From the NCBI GenBank assembly GCA_045863235.1, contig BTUM01000061.1:1-48163 (forward strand): a stretch of DNA of 48,163 nt, read 5' to 3'. A program made the translations under genes and the position numbers. This document shows positions 45,954-48,163 of the stretch, in pieces. Source of the DNA: Candidatus Xenobia bacterium (GTDB lineage: Bacteria > Vulcanimicrobiota > Xenobia > Xenobiales > QWHO01). The notes beneath the pieces are model-generated. The model was given only the letters and a program-made list of their open reading frames with translations, did not search any database and was not told where the DNA came from. Numbering within the stretch: the first letter of the stretch is position 1; each line of letters starts with the position of its first letter.

Positions 45954-47045
45954 CTACCAGCTCCAGTCCTGGTCGTCATCAGGACACGGCGTTCCCGCCG
46001 AGGTGAAGCGACTGACCTGCGAGACAGCGTTCCCCGCTCCATCTTCCAGCCGGACCTCGAGAACGTGAGGACCCGGTTGGAGCGGATCGGTCGGACGCCA
46101 GCGCATCCAGACGTCCTCGGCGTTGGTGTGCTTCTGCCGGTAGCGTGCGCGCTTGATCCTGATCTCCAGTTGCTCCAGGGGAATTTCGACCCCATCGAGC
46201 TTCACCAGGGTGCGGTTGAGTGTCAACTGGGCCTGGCTCTCATCCCCGTCCACGGACCGAATCCGTATCTGAGGTCGCGGCCCGGTACGTGCCCCGTCTT
46301 TCGGGTGCAGCTTGAGGATGACGGGAGGGGTCGTATCATCCGGCAGAGTCCTCCTTCCTTCAATATCTATGTATCGATGGGTCCTTATGGTTCGGTCCAG
46401 CCCATCATCCACAGCCGGGAAAGTCTCCCGAACGTAAAGTAGCACCTCCAGGGATTGCTCTTTGAGCTGGAGCGTCCGTTCCTCCATGGGTCGAGAGCCC
46501 ATCCGCGAGCTCACGACCGTGTAGGCGTCATACAGGAGGGCCGCCTGCGTCTGGGTGTCGAGCCCCGGGACGGGGCGGGGGCCCCGGCGAGAGCCACGAA
46601 GGATGGGCTGCAGGCCCTCGCCCCCGGCCGACTGGATGGCCTGATCCATGCGCTCGAGCCAGTCGGCGAAAGGCTTCCCCTCGACCATCAGGTCAAGATC
46701 GGCCAGGGAGGTCTCGGCGAAGAAAGCCTGAGCGGTCCCGGGAAAATCGCGCACGACCGAGTCGTAGAGCGTCCGAGCCTGCCCGAAGTTGTGATAGCTG
46801 GCCCCGTAGACGTAGGCCCGGGTCAGGCGTGAGCTCGCATCGAAAGTTGTGCCGGGGTGGGCCACGGAGACCTGCTCGAGCACCTCCACGGCCCGGTCGT
46901 AGTCCGAGTCTCCGATGAGCTCGCCGGCCTGCCGAAGGGCTTCGTCGGGAGGCGGTGTCTGCCCCACCGCCGGGGGACGACGAGTGCTGAGAACGAAGCC
47001 AACCGTGAGGATGAGGAGCAGGGCCCAGAGTCGGAGTCGGTTCAT
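45954..47045 (-). CDS. Exported protein with TPR-like N-region and C-terminal Ig-like domain
   Basis: N-terminal basic plus hydrophobic segment; TPR-like YDRAVEVL/VVRDFPGT; DTTPP...GPHVLEVRLEDGAGN Ig-like signature. Confidence 0.75.
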   Translation of the reverse strand: MNRLRLWALLLILTVGFVLSTRRPPAVGQTPPPDEALRQAGELIGDSDYDRAVEVLEQVSVAHPGTTFDASSRLTRAYVYGASYHNFGQARTLYDSVVRDFPGTAQAFFAETSLADLDLMVEGKPFADWLERMDQAIQSAGGEGLQPILRGSRRGPRPVPGLDTQTQAALLYDAYTVVSSRMGSRPMEERTLQLKEQSLEVLLYVRETFPAVDDGLDRTIRTHRYIDIEGRRTLPDDTTPPVILKLHPKDGARTGPRPQIRIRSVDGDESQAQLTLNRTLVKLDGVEIPLEQLEIRIKRARYRQKHTNAEDVWMRWRPTDPLQPGPHVLEVRLEDGAGNAVSQVSRFTSAGTPCPDDDQDWSW

Positions 47046-47058
47046 GGATACCTCGCGA

Positions 47059-48162
47059 TCAGTGGTCTTCGGTCACGAATTCTTTATCTTCGAGCTTGTC
47101 GCTCAGGAAGTCCCGATTATGGCGGGCCGGGTTCGGCAGGCTCCACTGGTCCTGGGAAATGCGCACCAGGTAGCGTTGCTTATGGAAGATGCGCAGCATG
47201 TTGCCGGGCAACTTCTCTGTGGTCTCGTCATACTGGATGAAGTAGTAGAAGCCGCCATGGAGCGCGGCCGCTCCATCGAGCCTGTCGACCTCGGAGTTCA
47301 CCTCCAGCCAGGCCATGGGCCAGGCGCTGTAGTTACTGAGGGTCCCAATCCGGGCCATGAAGCCCAGGATGACGACCTCGTCCGTGCCGGCTCTGAAGGG
47401 ATTGAACCCTCTCCCTTTGTTCCCGGTCGGCGCCTTGTTGGCATAGCCCACGATAGTGGCGCGCCCCCCGGTGACCTGCTGCCACTCCAGCATCGGCTGA
47501 AAACTCGTCGACTCGCCCTTCCTGGCAAAGAAACCGTTGTAGTCGTTCAGGTCGCAGGCTGAGCAACCGGCAAAGATGATGCCTTTGAGGGAACTCCAAT
47601 GCGATGCATTGATCGTTCCGTCATCGGGAATCTGGTTGTTGGTCCCGGCGGTGATCAAAATGGGGTCCTGGACCTGACCTTCCAGGGTGTTGGTCTGGTG
47701 ACGTCCGTGCCCTGAGTAATACAGGTTCTCCGCTTGGCTCTTGATCCGGAGATCGGCCTGGTGGTCACGGTAAGTGAAACGGAGCACCTCGTAGCCTGCC
47801 GCTCGGATGGAGTCTGCGGTGGGAATCACCTTATCATTGTCCTCGTAAGCGGCCTCTCCGAAGGCATATCCCGTCACCAGCGACGAGAAGATGAGTCCTC
47901 CATCGCCCGGCTCCAGACGAGGTGCCTCGACGTGACCAAAGAAAAGCCCGGTGCGGCCAGCCCACGCGCGAAAGGCTCGTGAGTCCGCTGTCGCGTGGGC
48001 CCGTGTGGTATAGTCCTCGGTCTGCCAGAGGTCGATGGTGGTGAACGAGTCCGTGGGCGCCGGGCGGAGGAGGGCGGCCGGCTCCAGAGTCCCCTCGTAG
48101 AAACCCCGTTCCTCGTTCTGACGAAGCGAGACGGTAGCCCCCTGGCGATTGGACTGATAAGC
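47059..48162 (-). CDS. 5'-truncated protein with a possible clan CD (caspase/gingipain-fold) His-Cys peptidase domain
   Basis: Frame is stop-free from 47059 to the window edge; LYYSGHG and IIFAGCS motifs. Confidence 0.6.
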   Translation of the reverse strand, partial: AYQSNRQGATVSLRQNEERGFYEGTLEPAALLRPAPTDSFTTIDLWQTEDYTTRAHATADSRAFRAWAGRTGLFFGHVEAPRLEPGDGGLIFSSLVTGYAFGEAAYEDNDKVIPTADSIRAAGYEVLRFTYRDHQADLRIKSQAENLYYSGHGRHQTNTLEGQVQDPILITAGTNNQIPDDGTINASHWSSLKGIIFAGCSACDLNDYNGFFARKGESTSFQPMLEWQQVTGGRATIVGYANKAPTGNKGRGFNPFRAGTDEVVILGFMARIGTLSNYSAWPMAWLEVNSEVDRLDGAAALHGGFYYFIQYDETTEKLPGNMLRIFHKQRYLVRISQDQWSLPNPARHNRDFLSDKLEDKEFVTEDH

Positions 48163-48163
48163 T

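Noticed and set aside
1..48163. rRNA, tRNA, known riboswitches and a firm taxonomic assignment
   Set aside because: No recognisable RNA gene signature by eye. The protein style is reminiscent of Candidatus Eremiobacterota, but this needs a GltX/RelA/RecJ phylogeny that I cannot run.

Overview
High-GC bacterial chromosomal segment. I found no rRNA, tRNA, CRISPR array, integrase or transposase. The right third is a housekeeping backbone: moxR-gltX-HAD-HAD-DUF503 and recJ-X-relA-dtd. The left two-thirds are accessory: a Ser/Thr kinase-AAA-HATPase hybrid sensor with a NarL-type regulator, an amidase, a ~1,820-aa protein with five repeated beta-sandwich modules, a tyrosine phosphatase, TrxB, a TPR protein, a Ca2+/H+ antiporter and an ABC permease. 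Main observations: (1) Two different peptidoglycan hydrolases (SLT and NlpC/P60) share a near-identical Met/Gln/Gly-rich leader and an identical promoter motif (CCCTTTAC-N14-TCGTGA), and they enclose two paralogous zinc-ribbon helical proteins. (2) Four scattered genes share a tandem TCAG box at 11-bp pitch about 10 nt upstream of a TANNNT -10 element; three look leaderless and two carry a FlgM-like DxVx[IL][ST] N-terminal extension, suggesting a co-regulated set of exported proteins. (3) Two intact ORFs encode shrunken, catalytically eroded copies of housekeeping enzymes (PPDK-like and GluRS-like); the GluRS-like one may be reached by a CCC-TGA +1 frameshift. (4) A small family of palindromic intergenic repeats recurs in the window. 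All family assignments come from motif recognition by eye, not database searches.
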